A stretch of 64,000 nt of DNA from assembly GCA_001662655.1 (NCBI GenBank), contig KV460220.1; one strand, 5' to 3'. Below, piece after piece: positions 13,125 to 24,367 of the stretch. The position numbers were made by a program, and so were the translations under genes. How positions within the stretch are numbered: the first letter of the stretch is position 1; each line of letters starts with the position of its first letter. The stretch is from Pseudogymnoascus verrucosus. Lineage: Eukaryota. The notes beneath the pieces are model-generated. The model saw only the letters and a program-made list of their open reading frames with translations. It was not told where the DNA came from and made no database searches.

Positions 13125-15044
13125 TCATAGAGTCTTGATCTCCATCCACTCGCTGGTGCCCACTCCGAGGTTGAGCCCGTTCCTCGCCCACCACTTCCTT
13201 ACTTCGTCCTCTCCCTCTCCACCAGCCAGGCGCACACTATCTTCAAGCGCCTCCTCAATATCGCAAGTCTTGTACTCTACCTTTAACCTCTTTCCCTCCC
13301 ATCCCCAATCCTCCCCACTCGTCTGTCGGCGCCACCACTCCAGCACCCGCACAAACCCATTCTTCGTCGGCCCAACAAGCACCTGATTATCATAGCTCAT
13401 CGCAAACTTGCTCCCCTTAAGGCTCTTCCACGTTTCAAGCACGTCAACGTGGCCATAAGCCGACGCAAGGCGTGCCACGGAGTCAGAGTGCGAGTACGGA
13501 ATCCCGGACGTATCCCACCAGTGCACAACGCGGGTTTGCCCGTTTTGAGCTGCGTATAGTACTGACTTGCCAACCTTCAGCCTCAGCGGCGCAAGTCCGA
13601 CATCCATCGACTGCGAGTCGAAACTTGGCGACGCTGGTTCGTACAAGTATGAGGAGTTTGTGCGCCGCGAAGAAGGGTTCTTCGACTCGGGCTCAAGGAT
13701 ATATGCGCCTTGATGCATGCTTGCCTCCTTCCACCATTCTAGGACGAGGATGTGTCCCTTGCTGCTCGCCTGCTCCAACGCCGCTTCGCTGTATTTCAGC
13801 GGCAGGCCGGACTTTTTCCACCAGTCCAGCACGTGTACGAAGCCTGACTTGGAGGCTCCGTCTATAGCTTCATCTGTATAGTCTTTCTTGAGAAAGGAGG
13901 CAGAGGTTCGCCACCACTCCAGAATCTCATTTCTTCCATAAACCGCCGACGCTTTGGTTGGAAGTAGTTTTCCGCCAAAGGATGTCCAAAAGACTTCGCG
14001 GAATTTGGTCTCGAGATATGAGAGGACGTCTGTGAGGCAGAATTTGATGATAAGCTTGACGCATAGTGACGACAGGTATTCCATGCTCTTTGGGGCCTGG
14101 TCGAGCTTGTCAATAACGCGCGGCACAGACTTGGTAAGGATTGTGGATTCGAGAGAGCGAATATACTCGTGAAGTTCATCCTTCGGGGATTCACGGAGCT
14201 CCCATTCTCTTGGTATAGGCAGGTTGGTATATATGCCGATTGATTGTGCTACTTCCCAGTCGCCGACATAGTCGAATATTATGGTCCATAACTCCGATGG
14301 GAGCCGAGTTTCCGTCTTTTGGTTTCGCCGTGCCTGCTCTATATCGCCAGACGTGGTTATATCAACATCATGGCCAATCGTCAGAAGTTCGGCTTGGTTA
14401 TTGATAGTTTCGACGAGGTCGGGGAAGCCATCATATTGAATGAGACACTTCTTTGCTCCCTTCTCGTCGTATTGCCACAGAATCGGCGGCATCACTCGGA
14501 CCCAGTTCCATTTCCTCCTCAGCTTCGATAGCTGCTTCTTTGTCATGGGATTCTCCCACATTGATGTCGTCATGCCCGGCACCAGTATTATCTTTTTCGA
14601 CACATCCCAACCCCTTAACACATCGAGTATAAGAGTCCCCGTTATCCCATTCAGCATCTTTGCCATTGTATCCGCACTGGCCGGCGCCAGGACCAACAAA
14701 TCCGCCCAATCGGCCCAAACTTGGGCAGTGCCTTCGCCATTGTTGATGCCGCGGCTAATACTGCTCGGGGAGTTTTCGAGAGTAGGGGCGAACCGCACGG
14801 CCTTCGCTGTAGGATCATCACATATCGCCCTGCATTCGACTTTCGCGTGCCCGAAGAAACGCACGACCAAGGCCTCGGCTTTCGAGACGTCGCGCTCGCA
14901 GTTGGCGGCTACCAGGACGTGGAGTTTCTGGCAGTCTGTGGCTTTGAATTCGAACGATTTCGATGGGCGCGGTAGAAACGGCTCTTGTGCGACATTGGGT
15001 ATACCGAGATTATCATACTGATAATCGAGCGGGTGCGTCTCCAT
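13125..15044 (-). CDS. Flavoprotein (HFCD/PPCDC-like) domain fused to ankyrin-like repeats (639 aa)
   Basis: WADLLVLAPASADTMAKMLNG...RGWDVSKKIILVPGMTTSMWENPMT (flavoprotein motifs) followed by repeats such as ASKSGFVHVLDWW, ASSKGHILVLEWW, AAQNGQTRVVHWW, ASAYGHVDVLETW. Confidence 0.8.
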   Translation of the reverse strand: METHPLDYQYDNLGIPNVAQEPFLPRPSKSFEFKATDCQKLHVLVAANCERDVSKAEALVVRFFGHAKVECRAICDDPTAKAVRFAPTLENSPSSISRGINNGEGTAQVWADWADLLVLAPASADTMAKMLNGITGTLILDVLRGWDVSKKIILVPGMTTSMWENPMTKKQLSKLRRKWNWVRVMPPILWQYDEKGAKKCLIQYDGFPDLVETINNQAELLTIGHDVDITTSGDIEQARRNQKTETRLPSELWTIIFDYVGDWEVAQSIGIYTNLPIPREWELRESPKDELHEYIRSLESTILTKSVPRVIDKLDQAPKSMEYLSSLCVKLIIKFCLTDVLSYLETKFREVFWTSFGGKLLPTKASAVYGRNEILEWWRTSASFLKKDYTDEAIDGASKSGFVHVLDWWKKSGLPLKYSEAALEQASSKGHILVLEWWKEASMHQGAYILEPESKNPSSRRTNSSYLYEPASPSFDSQSMDVGLAPLRLKVGKSVLYAAQNGQTRVVHWWDTSGIPYSHSDSVARLASAYGHVDVLETWKSLKGSKFAMSYDNQVLVGPTKNGFVRVLEWWRRQTSGEDWGWEGKRLKVEYKTCDIEEALEDSVRLAGGEGEDEVRKWWARNGLNLGVGTSEWMEIKTL

Positions 15045-15720
15045 GGCTATCGGAGCGAATGTGTGGCGACTTATGAGTTGTGAGGAGCAAGCCCTGGAAG
15101 ATAGGTGAAGGACTCGGACGGGACCTCATCACTAAATATTCGCAAGATGCGAAAAGGAGGTGAAGAAAGGTGAGACAATATGTGATAGGGACCAACGCGA
15201 AGCAAACACGTAGGTTTGGTGGTGAATAAACCTTGTAGGCGGGGTATTGATTGGAACTCCTGGAGGACCCCGAACTCACCGCCCAAAGCTCCCTTGACGC
15301 CTTATCGGAGGATTTTATTCCGCATCCCGATGCTGAGCTAAATATATGGGACGATCATTCCCGCTAAATCCAAAAGCCGTAAAGTTAAAATATCTTAAAT
15401 GGACGACATATTATTCCGTACAAAATACGTTTTATTTAGCATTGAGAGATTACCAAAAAGCGTTGGAAGTGGTCTTTAAATGTATGTTTTGTATATTTTC
15501 TTTTACATCCTTATACAATAAATTCTCCGAGAGAATGGTATCTTTGCAACAATAATAACATGTGAATGGCCATGACCAGAACGCAGACCATCCAGCTTAC
15601 CTACTGAAATATGACAACAAATATTCACCGCATCAAACAAGCACTTGCATTGCGCCACGACTGCCCTATCCGTAATTTACAAAGATCCTGTCGCATAAAT
15701 TGACTTCTTCAATTTGCATT

Positions 15721-18143
15721 TCAAGCATCCTGGCTTGGTCCAGCTCCGTCCGCATCTTTATGGTTCTTCCGCTTGCGCCTTCTTTTTGTCTTTTTCTTCA
15801 CGTCATCGACTTCTGCTTGCCCGTCGCTTGCCACTTCTTCAGCTGGATGGGGTTCGACCAGCTGCACGTTGACGTTGGTTTCCTTTTTGTTCGTAGCTCC
15901 GTCGTCGCCATCTTGCGAATATAATGCGTCGTCTCCATCGCTGGAGCTGGTGGTTTGCAGCACAACTTTCCTAACGCCATTCGAGTCAACTATATTCTCC
16001 GTTATACTACCGCTCCGCGCAGTTCCTCGTTTTCTCGGTGCTGGGCTTGCGTGCCCGGAACGTAAGCTAGAGATGGTGCCACCACTATCGGATTCATGAA
16101 GTTGAGGGCGTCGGGGTGGGGATTGTGGGCCCTTCGTGGACTGTGACTTATCAGGCCCTTCAATATCGGCCTGATGCGATTTGTGAGCCCGGAGTGGACT
16201 TGAAGTCCGACGACCTGGGCCATGGTCAACGCCCCCATACCCCTGTTGCAGCGCGAGCACGCCGTCTGAAGCAGGTCTGCCAGCACTTTGTAATAGGCCC
16301 TCTCCTTCACCTCCATATGGGGCAGAGTACATCTCTGAGTCATCTTCAAATACAACAAGATCTTCATGAACTGAAGTGCGATGGTCTTTGGTATCCTTGA
16401 CAACGCCGGGCTTGATCTTCACGGTATTGTACCGTGTTGTCTTTGGGCGGCTGGCAAGGTTTGATGGTCCGAGGTGTTTGAGGTGTTCGCGCATGTCTGT
16501 GGCATTTCCACGTACTGTAACTGAGCCGCCATCGGCAGCAGCAGAACTGCGTCTAATCATGAAGGTAGCCTTAGGACTAGTGCCGAAGGTAACGGGGCTG
16601 TGACCTGGAGCCTTGCTATCCAGGGACAGTTGGCGCGGCCCCGAGCTGCTACCCTTGGAATTTTCGTCTAAACCAACAACCGGGGAGGCCTGGAGACTCT
16701 GTAGTTTTGGAATATCGCTGTCAGCTACGACTTGGCCTTTGGTTGCGCGTCTGTAAGTAGGTGCTGGTGCAAGACGTCTGATGGCTTTGTGGACATCAAT
16801 GTAAACGTCGGATTCATCAATAATTTCTCTGTGGTGAGATATTAGCACAGTATTTGGAAGGGGGATCATAGTGGCACATACTCTCCAATTAGCTCCTCAA
16901 TGACATCCTCAAGTGTGACAACACCAATGGCGCCATGGTCTTCACCTGGATATTCGGATACCAATACCATATGTGACTTGCCTTCTTGGAAGAAGTTCAC
17001 AATATCGAGACAGCTGGTTTCTGGGCTTGTCTCTGGCAATGTTGCTAGAGCAAACTCGCCGACTTTCTTGCAATCCTCCGGGTCGTAAGTAATCAGCATC
17101 TTAACAAGGAGCATGCCGATGAAGTTGTTTTCGTTTCCAGGTTCGTAGATGGGAATGCGCGAGTATCCTGCCGAGAGGATAGCGTCCATGGTTTCTTCGT
17201 CGAGGACAGTATCGACAGACATTGTAAACACATCCCCCATGGGCGTCATGATGTCTCCCACGGCCTTGTCCTTGAGGTCTAACACAGCACTTATTATAGT
17301 CACTTCGTCCTGGTTCAACCTGTCACCTGGGGTTGACCCGAGAGTCTTATGTAGCGTGACTAAGGTCTTCAATCCGGACTTCTTGTAGACAGTGCCATGA
17401 TCTTCGCCGAGAAGGTAGTCGAGGAGTTTTGCGGTAGGCCATGCAATCGGTGCAAGGAGGTACATGAGAACTAGCACAAAAGGTGCCATAACTGAGCCAA
17501 TCTGCAACCCGTATCTGACGCAGATTGACTGCGGGATAACTTCGCCAAATATAACTAGTGACGTTAGTATATTACCAAGGACCGGAATCAAATATTCTTA
17601 CCGATTAAAGCTGTGCTGCCAAGCACGGCGGGCCATCCGCCACCGAGCGAGCGATCGAGTATGATGGGCAGAGTTTCATTGACAATGACATTGGCCAACA
17701 AGAGTGTCACCAAAACCCAGTGCTTCCCTCTTTTCAGAAGTTTGAACACTCTCTGTGCATGTTTTTGCTCCTTGCCCTCTCCCGAAGTGGAAATAACTTG
17801 TAGATATATTCCGTCTTGTCCCATCAAACTGCAATCGGAGTATATTAGCCTGGATCTTTGCCAACAGTGTCATCTCAATGCCAACTTACGCAATTGTTAG
17901 ACCAGCGAATGCCCCTCCAGATATCACCAATATAAAAGCTACCGTCAAATACAGCCATAAATCGGGATCTTCTGGGCTTTTAGGCAAGTCTTCGTGGCCT
18001 TTGATCCAACTCGTCAATGGCGCTGCAACTGCACCTGACATCTGGGAAGCCGCGAGGAATAGGACCTTGGCCAGGCCAACCACTGCTGGACGAGTCCCTC
18101 CTGGAGAGACATTGTATCTTGGATTGTGCGACCGAATCGTCAT
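15721..18143 (-). CDS. MAM3: DUF21/CNNM-CBS domain membrane protein (Mam3-like), multi-exon
   Basis: [19 protein letters not shown]...[24 protein letters not shown]...[16 protein letters not shown] (DUF21); CBS pair IMTPMGDVF...GYSRIPIY...FFQEGKSHM...[24 protein letters not shown]. Start taken at MTIRSHN. Confidence 0.88.
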
Positions 18144-19076
18144 CGTCGAAGCCAGGAGCTTGAAGAGCGTGGGTTCGATAGCAGGCGTTGCTCTCTTTCC
18201 TCTCACCAATCCAACTCGGCCGAATTGATTGCCCTTCCTTCACACGTATGTCGGACCAGGTCGATGTTGGTTGTTGCTTCAGGATTGTTGTTGTTCAAGG
18301 TACGTATTTACAGTGGAGAAAATTGAGGGCCTGTGGCCGAGACTGACGAAATATTGATTAAGCGCGGCCAGCATGCAATTGACCGCGGAAGCACCAAAAG
18401 CCAAGTTTTAGTATTAAGGTTCAAAGGGCCTAGCACAATACAGTAGTGTATACTCTAGTTATAGTAGTAAAAGTAGCGTAGTGCGGCGTCGTGTACTGTA
18501 TGGACAGGAGTGCAGTGGAGGTGCGGGGTTGTTGTTGTTGTTTGGTCCAGAACGGTGGAGACTTGGGGCGGCTACCAGCGTCATCAGATGTCGGCTAATC
18601 GACCTCGTTGATCTTGACGACTATCAAACCTTCAGGACCGACCAGAAACACGACATGCGTCTTAAACTCTAAGAGCCACAACTATATATGTTGATGGAAT
18701 TTCAAAATGGTCAATAGCTGATCGTGCAATCTACACATACTGATCAAGCAAAAGCCCTGCCACCTCCTCTTGTTCTTCATTTCCACCCTGAACTCCACTA
18801 CCAGCGTGAAGTGAAGGCACAGCATGTCGCGGCAGTGGCTATCTCGATAATCCGAATTACGGTCAATTCTATCCCATAATACTCCTCGAAGCCGCCCTGT
18901 CTTGTTTGTCACGGCTGGCCGCCGAGTTCTACTGAGTAACGGAGAATAGGCTCTTGGAGGCACAGTTCTATTCGATATCCAACGAACGGAATACGCCCTC
19001 AACAAAGTCGACTGCTTTACGGATAACCTTGCCCAATCTACGCACGACACCAGTGGATTCCTAGCTGGTAGAAGAC

Positions 19077-20969
19077 ATGGCTGGTAACGGAGCAAGCGAC
19101 CGCCTTGGCAATATTCCCGTGCTAAACACCCAGACACCAGAGCAGAACACATCGCATCCGACCTCAACATCACCCTCCAAAACGAGTCGTTTGGCGGAGT
19201 CTCTCCTACCGCCCTTTAAGGAGATCCCCAAAGATACTTCTCTGAATGCCGAGAGCCCAACAACCCCACGGCGAATGCCTTTCCCTCGACCGGCGTCCTT
19301 GCAGATGCCCCAGAAAGACCTCGCCAATTTAGAATCTGCCTACAGTCGGATACCTCTTTCTCCAAAGCTTGACCCGACAGATTCGTATGGATCCCCAGTT
19401 ATACCGCGACGTTCACGAGGTCTAGACTTCTCCCGGGCTGCAACAAATCTACATCATTCTACACTGGCGGAGCAATCGTCCCCTGATTCGTCACCTACAA
19501 TCACAGGAAGAGCAATGAACATACCCGGCAGGCGAAGGAGCGGGCAATTCTCTTCCGAAACATCTGGCGCCTCTCAGTGGTCTTTTAGACCACCGGGAGA
19601 TCGAACAACTATCTCGAGCTCTCTCGGAAGTGTTAATATGCTATGTTCAGAGTCGTCTGACAGCACCTCTGACGAGGAGCTTATGGATACAGATGACATT
19701 GATGATTCGATCCTCACCACGCCCCAGGTTGCCAGCCGGATGCCGATGGGCCTGAATATTTGGTCACAGCCACACCCTAGCCCAGGGAACAACTGGATGA
19801 ACCAGTCTCCAGCCGCCAGTAGCTTGATCAACTTCCAGAGGGCAAGAATGCGGACTGGCAAGAGCAAAAAGGGATCAAGCAGCTCAAGCTCAAGAGCTAG
19901 CCCCATGTCAAGGTCGCCACCTGTCGGGGGCTCTGATGCCATGAACAACAGCCAATTTGCAAAAGACCTTCCGTCAGGCACGCAGTCAAGGAGGGAAAGT
20001 ATCAGCTGGGCGGCAAACCAACTACACATTGATGGTAGTGAAAGTGATGATGGTACCCTGAAGAGCACATTGGAGAATCCAGAGAATCTTCCAACCACTC
20101 CAGCAAGAGATGGACAGAGGGGAGTCATAAGGAGAGCCGTGACGAGACGAGGCAACATGCTCCCCAAGACAAAGGGATTTGCAAGAATACGAGCAGCGTT
20201 GGCAGAAGAAGGCGCACCTGTTGAAACTGAAGTTCGCCGCGAGGCTACTGTAATCCGGCAAGTACGTGAAAACGACATGGACCTTGAGCCATCACGGCCC
20301 CGAGCATTATCAACCGCCACTCTGTCATCCCCATCCGTCCGCCCTTCGCAAGGTGATGGCTTGGAGGATGCGTTGGCGGATGACATGATCAACCTTGCAA
20401 ATAGCAATGCTGGAGGCAGCTTCAAGCAGCAGGTTGTGCGTAATTCGAAGGGTCCGGAGTTCTGGGAAGGCTTCGAAGACCGCAAGTACCGCACTCCGCC
20501 ACCTCAATTTCCAACCCGCGAATCAGCGTCGACTGTGAGCGATGATATGTCAATGGATTCTCAGACATTTGGCCTGGGCAACTTCTCTATGCTGTCACAA
20601 GCCCGCGATGCTGCTGATGCGCAGTCTCAAGGGCCGTCTGCATCGCCGACACGTGCGACGACTCCAATACCAGCGGCGATTGATATACGACGCGTTAATA
20701 ACAAGCGTCGCAGGGATGACGATTTTGACCCCATGTCCTTCAAACGACGAGCTGTGTCGCCGGGGATGTCTGTACACAACAGCCCTGTGATACAGAGCCC
20801 GATGCAAAGGGATGGTAATCCGTGGGGCGCAAGGCCACCGAGCAACAGCGGCTCTGACAAAGGCGCGATTGAATCACAGTCTAGCGGACGCCATAGTGGA
20901 ACGAAGCGTGTGGGCCTCCAAGGGATGACCGATACGAATGATAGTTTGATGAACATGAGCATTGAGTAG
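19077..20969 (+). CDS. Ser-rich, largely disordered hypothetical protein (630 aa)
   Basis: Single long ORF. Islands such as PRRSRGLDFSRAATNLHHSTLAE, VTRRGNMLPKTKGFARIRAAL and KRRRDDDFDPMSFKRRAVSPG look like conserved motifs; function unknown. Confidence 0.8.
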   Translation: MAGNGASDRLGNIPVLNTQTPEQNTSHPTSTSPSKTSRLAESLLPPFKEIPKDTSLNAESPTTPRRMPFPRPASLQMPQKDLANLESAYSRIPLSPKLDPTDSYGSPVIPRRSRGLDFSRAATNLHHSTLAEQSSPDSSPTITGRAMNIPGRRRSGQFSSETSGASQWSFRPPGDRTTISSSLGSVNMLCSESSDSTSDEELMDTDDIDDSILTTPQVASRMPMGLNIWSQPHPSPGNNWMNQSPAASSLINFQRARMRTGKSKKGSSSSSSRASPMSRSPPVGGSDAMNNSQFAKDLPSGTQSRRESISWAANQLHIDGSESDDGTLKSTLENPENLPTTPARDGQRGVIRRAVTRRGNMLPKTKGFARIRAALAEEGAPVETEVRREATVIRQVRENDMDLEPSRPRALSTATLSSPSVRPSQGDGLEDALADDMINLANSNAGGSFKQQVVRNSKGPEFWEGFEDRKYRTPPPQFPTRESASTVSDDMSMDSQTFGLGNFSMLSQARDAADAQSQGPSASPTRATTPIPAAIDIRRVNNKRRRDDDFDPMSFKRRAVSPGMSVHNSPVIQSPMQRDGNPWGARPPSNSGSDKGAIESQSSGRHSGTKRVGLQGMTDTNDSLMNMSIE

Positions 20970-21365
20970 GATTAGATTCGGTGATGGATGAGTTTGGGCG
21001 AACAGATTGCACTATGGAGTTACAAGGCATGGCGTCTGCAGCATTTTTTTTGCGCTGGGGAGCATCTGGCTTTGGGGAGTTATGGAAAGATTGCTATTTG
21101 AGTTTCCTTATATGGGTCCCGAAGTAGCTCACAAAGTTTGTAGAGCATTGATAGCTTATATTTTGAGCGCAACTTTGCTAATTGACATTCGATTGTCTAT
21201 TACAAATCCAAATCTATTTCAGTCTGCTATTATCGAGGTACCGCCGTAAGGATCGTCCGATTGACAAAACATAGCATGATGTCTCTCAGTGCCCAAACCC
21301 ACTTTCAAGCTACTCTGCCGTTTCTGAGGCATGAGTTGGAATTCAGGCTTACCATAAATAAAATG

Positions 21366-21429
21366 CAGTGTTGAAAGATACCAGTGTTGAAAGATACCAG
21401 TGTTGAAAGATACCGGTGTTGAAAGATAC
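21366..21429. repeat. Tandem repeat, 16-bp unit CAGTGTTGAAAGATAC x4
   Basis: Read directly; one A>G variant in the fourth unit. Confidence 0.9.
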
Positions 21430-21776
21430 ATCAAACAAGTATAAATTATATCTACAGATCTATAGTTTGAATCTAGGATAAATTGAGTTCTAACTCAGGC
21501 AAACGTTCTGAGCCATCCATTAAAGATCACGTGACGTTTGCTCCGCGTCTTGATACTGAAGCTTATCGGGGATTCATTATCGCATCCAACGCGACGCGAC
21601 AACTACTCCAATCCAGCCATCCTTCATACCTGTTCGTCGCAAGCAAGCCCACACACTTGATCATACTATCTGATATTGGCGCATATCCTTTGAGTATAAC
21701 AAAGGACAAAGAATCGAGTTAGAGGCTCCATTGAGCGTTTTCCCGCCTGTGCGACACCTCAACACAAAAAGTAATT

Positions 21777-22950
21777 ATGCCTCCAGGTTAGTAAAGGATT
21801 TGTCTGTTTTTAGTTTTGAAAGCTTTGGAAACATTACGGATTCTAATTTTACTACGCTACTGTTATATTGAGCTGATGCAGATGCTAACTGCTTGCAGCG
21901 CTGTCGGAGAGTGAGAGCGGGAGCCCTGAGATTGAGGCCCAGGTTACACTCGAAGCGAACAACGGCCGACCACCTAGATCGAGTAACGGCCATACAAAGA
22001 AAATGTCGCAGAACGTTAGTGACGAGGAAGATGAGATCTTGGCTGTAACAGCTGAAGATAAGGAAGAGGAGGAGGAAGACGAGGATGAGGAGGCTGAGGA
22101 GGACGTGTATGTTATCAGTTGCATATTTTGGGGTAATGCGCCTAACTGCATCGCAGATTCGTCGTGGAATCCATTAAGAATCACATGTTTGATGAAGACG
22201 TCAGTATAGTCATTGGGTAGACACCGCCAGGACATTGACTAACAAAGCACAGGGCGAGATCCGCTTCCAAGTTAAATGGGAAGGCTACAACCGCCCGAGC
22301 GACATGACTTGGGAACCCGAAGAGAATCTTGTGTACGTTCGCGCCGTCCTCTCCCGTACGAGCGAGTATCACTGACCTTTGCAGAACTGCGACTGAAATA
22401 GTAGAGGACTACTACAACCAAATAGGCGGCCGCGAGTTCGTCAACGATGAAGCCGCGAGGGAACTTGAGAAGGTCAAAACTGCCCCGCCCCGTAAGCGTG
22501 GGCGCGCACCCTCTGGCAGCGCAGCGGCGCCGAAGGGAAAGAGGGGTAAGGTAGAGAAGGTGGAGAAGCACCCGAAGGACACTACACCACCGGCGTCATT
22601 GGACTTTAAGGTGCCGACTGGGAACTGGGAGCACGAGGCCACTGCGATCGAGCAGGTTGAGGAGCAGGATGATGGATCACTGCAGGTGCATATTGTTTGG
22701 AAGGGAGGGCAAAGAACGGCCCACCCAGTTGAAAGGGCTTACAAGCACTGTCCACAGAAGGTAGATCCACTACGACGTTGAGCTGTTAAAGATGGATTGC
22801 TGACTAGAGTGTAGATGCTGAGATTCTACGAGCAGCACATGTTCGGTACCCCAGCCAAAAAAAGAAAGAGAAAGTGACTAACCACCAAGCAGAGTCTTCG
22901 GGAAAGGAGGCGGCAAAAAGTTAATGAACAAGACGGTTATCGACAAGTAA
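21777..22950 (+). CDS. hpo: Heterochromatin protein 1 (HP1/Swi6): chromo plus chromoshadow domains, multi-exon
   Basis: Acidic N-terminus, FVVESIKNHMFDED|GEIRFQVKWEGYNRPSDMTWEPEENL (chromodomain), basic hinge RKRGR, GNWE...VHIVWKGGQRTAHPVERAYKHCPQK|MLRFYEQHI|VF (chromoshadow). Confidence 0.9.
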
Positions 22951-23111
22951 TTCACGGAAGAAATCACCACATCGCCAACAATCCTTACCATGAGGTGTAC
23001 CTAGCTATTTAGGATGTTATTTTCTTGCGACTAAGCTATGCTTCTCACACTCTTCATATCCTCCCACGGCAGACATCAAAAGCACTATAGCGGGAGGAGG
23101 GCTTTTTTTTG

Positions 23112-23164
23112 GAGGCGTTCATGAGCAATTTGACATCTGAGGCGTTCATGAGCAATTTGACATC
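23112..23164. repeat. Perfect direct duplication with 27-bp period (GAGGCGTTCATGAGCAATTTGACATC x2)
   Basis: Read directly, downstream of the HP1 gene. Confidence 0.85.
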
Positions 23165-24367
23165 ACATTGCAAAACATACCACTTGCGGCCCTCGGCCAT
23201 TCTTTTCACGTTTCTTTTGGCTTTATTACCGGGCACTTGGCACGGACGGAACGGACTGGGACGGACGGCAGGTGGGGGAAACAGATGTAAATACAGTTAC
23301 ATATATCAGATCCCAAGCTACACCAAACTACAAGCAAAAACACAAAACAGATATAGTAGCCCTGACATATTTTTCACTCTTCAACTCTCCCTGAACACAC
23401 AAAAATAGCAGTGTCGGCTAAAAAAGTTTAATGTCACCTTTCTTAGCCATAGGTTGCTTCCCGCGGGGTCATAGTTATCCTACGAAACTATAGGGAAGTA
23501 TATGTACTTAAACACGCACTCAATTCTTCTAGATATGCAAATGAAGTTAACATAGTGTTGAAAGCTAACCTCGCAAGTAAGGGGCTGGCCGTTGCGTCGC
23601 GTCCTCAGGTCAGTGGTGAGAGCTTCTCTGATTACTGATCTTCGTCATACTGTCGGAGGCTTCTTCGTATTTTGCCACGGAATGACTGCTTCTCTCTAAC
23701 CAGCCGATCGAACCCCCTTCAGTGATCAAGGAGCTTTAAAGATCCTAGAGTGATACGATTTTGCGGTATCCTGTTCCGGTTTCCGTCCGTTACGACCACA
23801 GCTATGAACAGCGCTCCGCGAACACGCGCCTCCCTAGCATGTCAAAGCTGCCGACGCACCGTCGTTCTCGGGCCTGGTGCTACTTTATGTGCAGTGTGGC
23901 ATTGGAGGGAATCAAGACTTGCTCAGACGAGCTTCGTTACTGCATGATCTAAACAGCAATGTGATTAAAAAGAATGAAGATGAAGAGTATAGAGGGCTAA
24001 AAGAGCGACTACGTGAGGGCCTGTTGCCTGGGTGAAGACTTGAGCAAAGATCACATACTATGGACGAGATGGCGATGACGAGATAGCTCATGAGGGACAT
24101 GGTGGGTCTTTAAATACGTGTAATTAAATGGAGAAAAGCTTTCCAAGAACGATTTTAAAAGTGCACACAACGTGCTATCAAGATTGAAAATTTTATCTAC
24201 TGAAGTCATTTTTTGTGCTCCCCAAAAACCCCTTCCTGCACCCCCTTAAACCGGCACCACCCACCAGTTCCTAATACAGCCTGAGCTTTTACCCGCTCTC
24301 TTACAATCCACCCCACCACTCCGTCCGCTCACCACTACCTCTCCTCTCCTCACATCCCCACACCCAT

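Noticed and set aside
7043..22950. RAP1 and HP1 as a heterochromatin/telomere gene cluster
   Set aside because: They are separated by unrelated housekeeping genes and no telomeric repeat tract is present, so co-location is likely chance.
23804..23960. MNSAPRTRASLACQSCRR as a Zn(II)2Cys6 transcription factor
   Set aside because: Only the first CxxC is present; I could not assemble the remaining Cys by any convincing splice. At most a relic.
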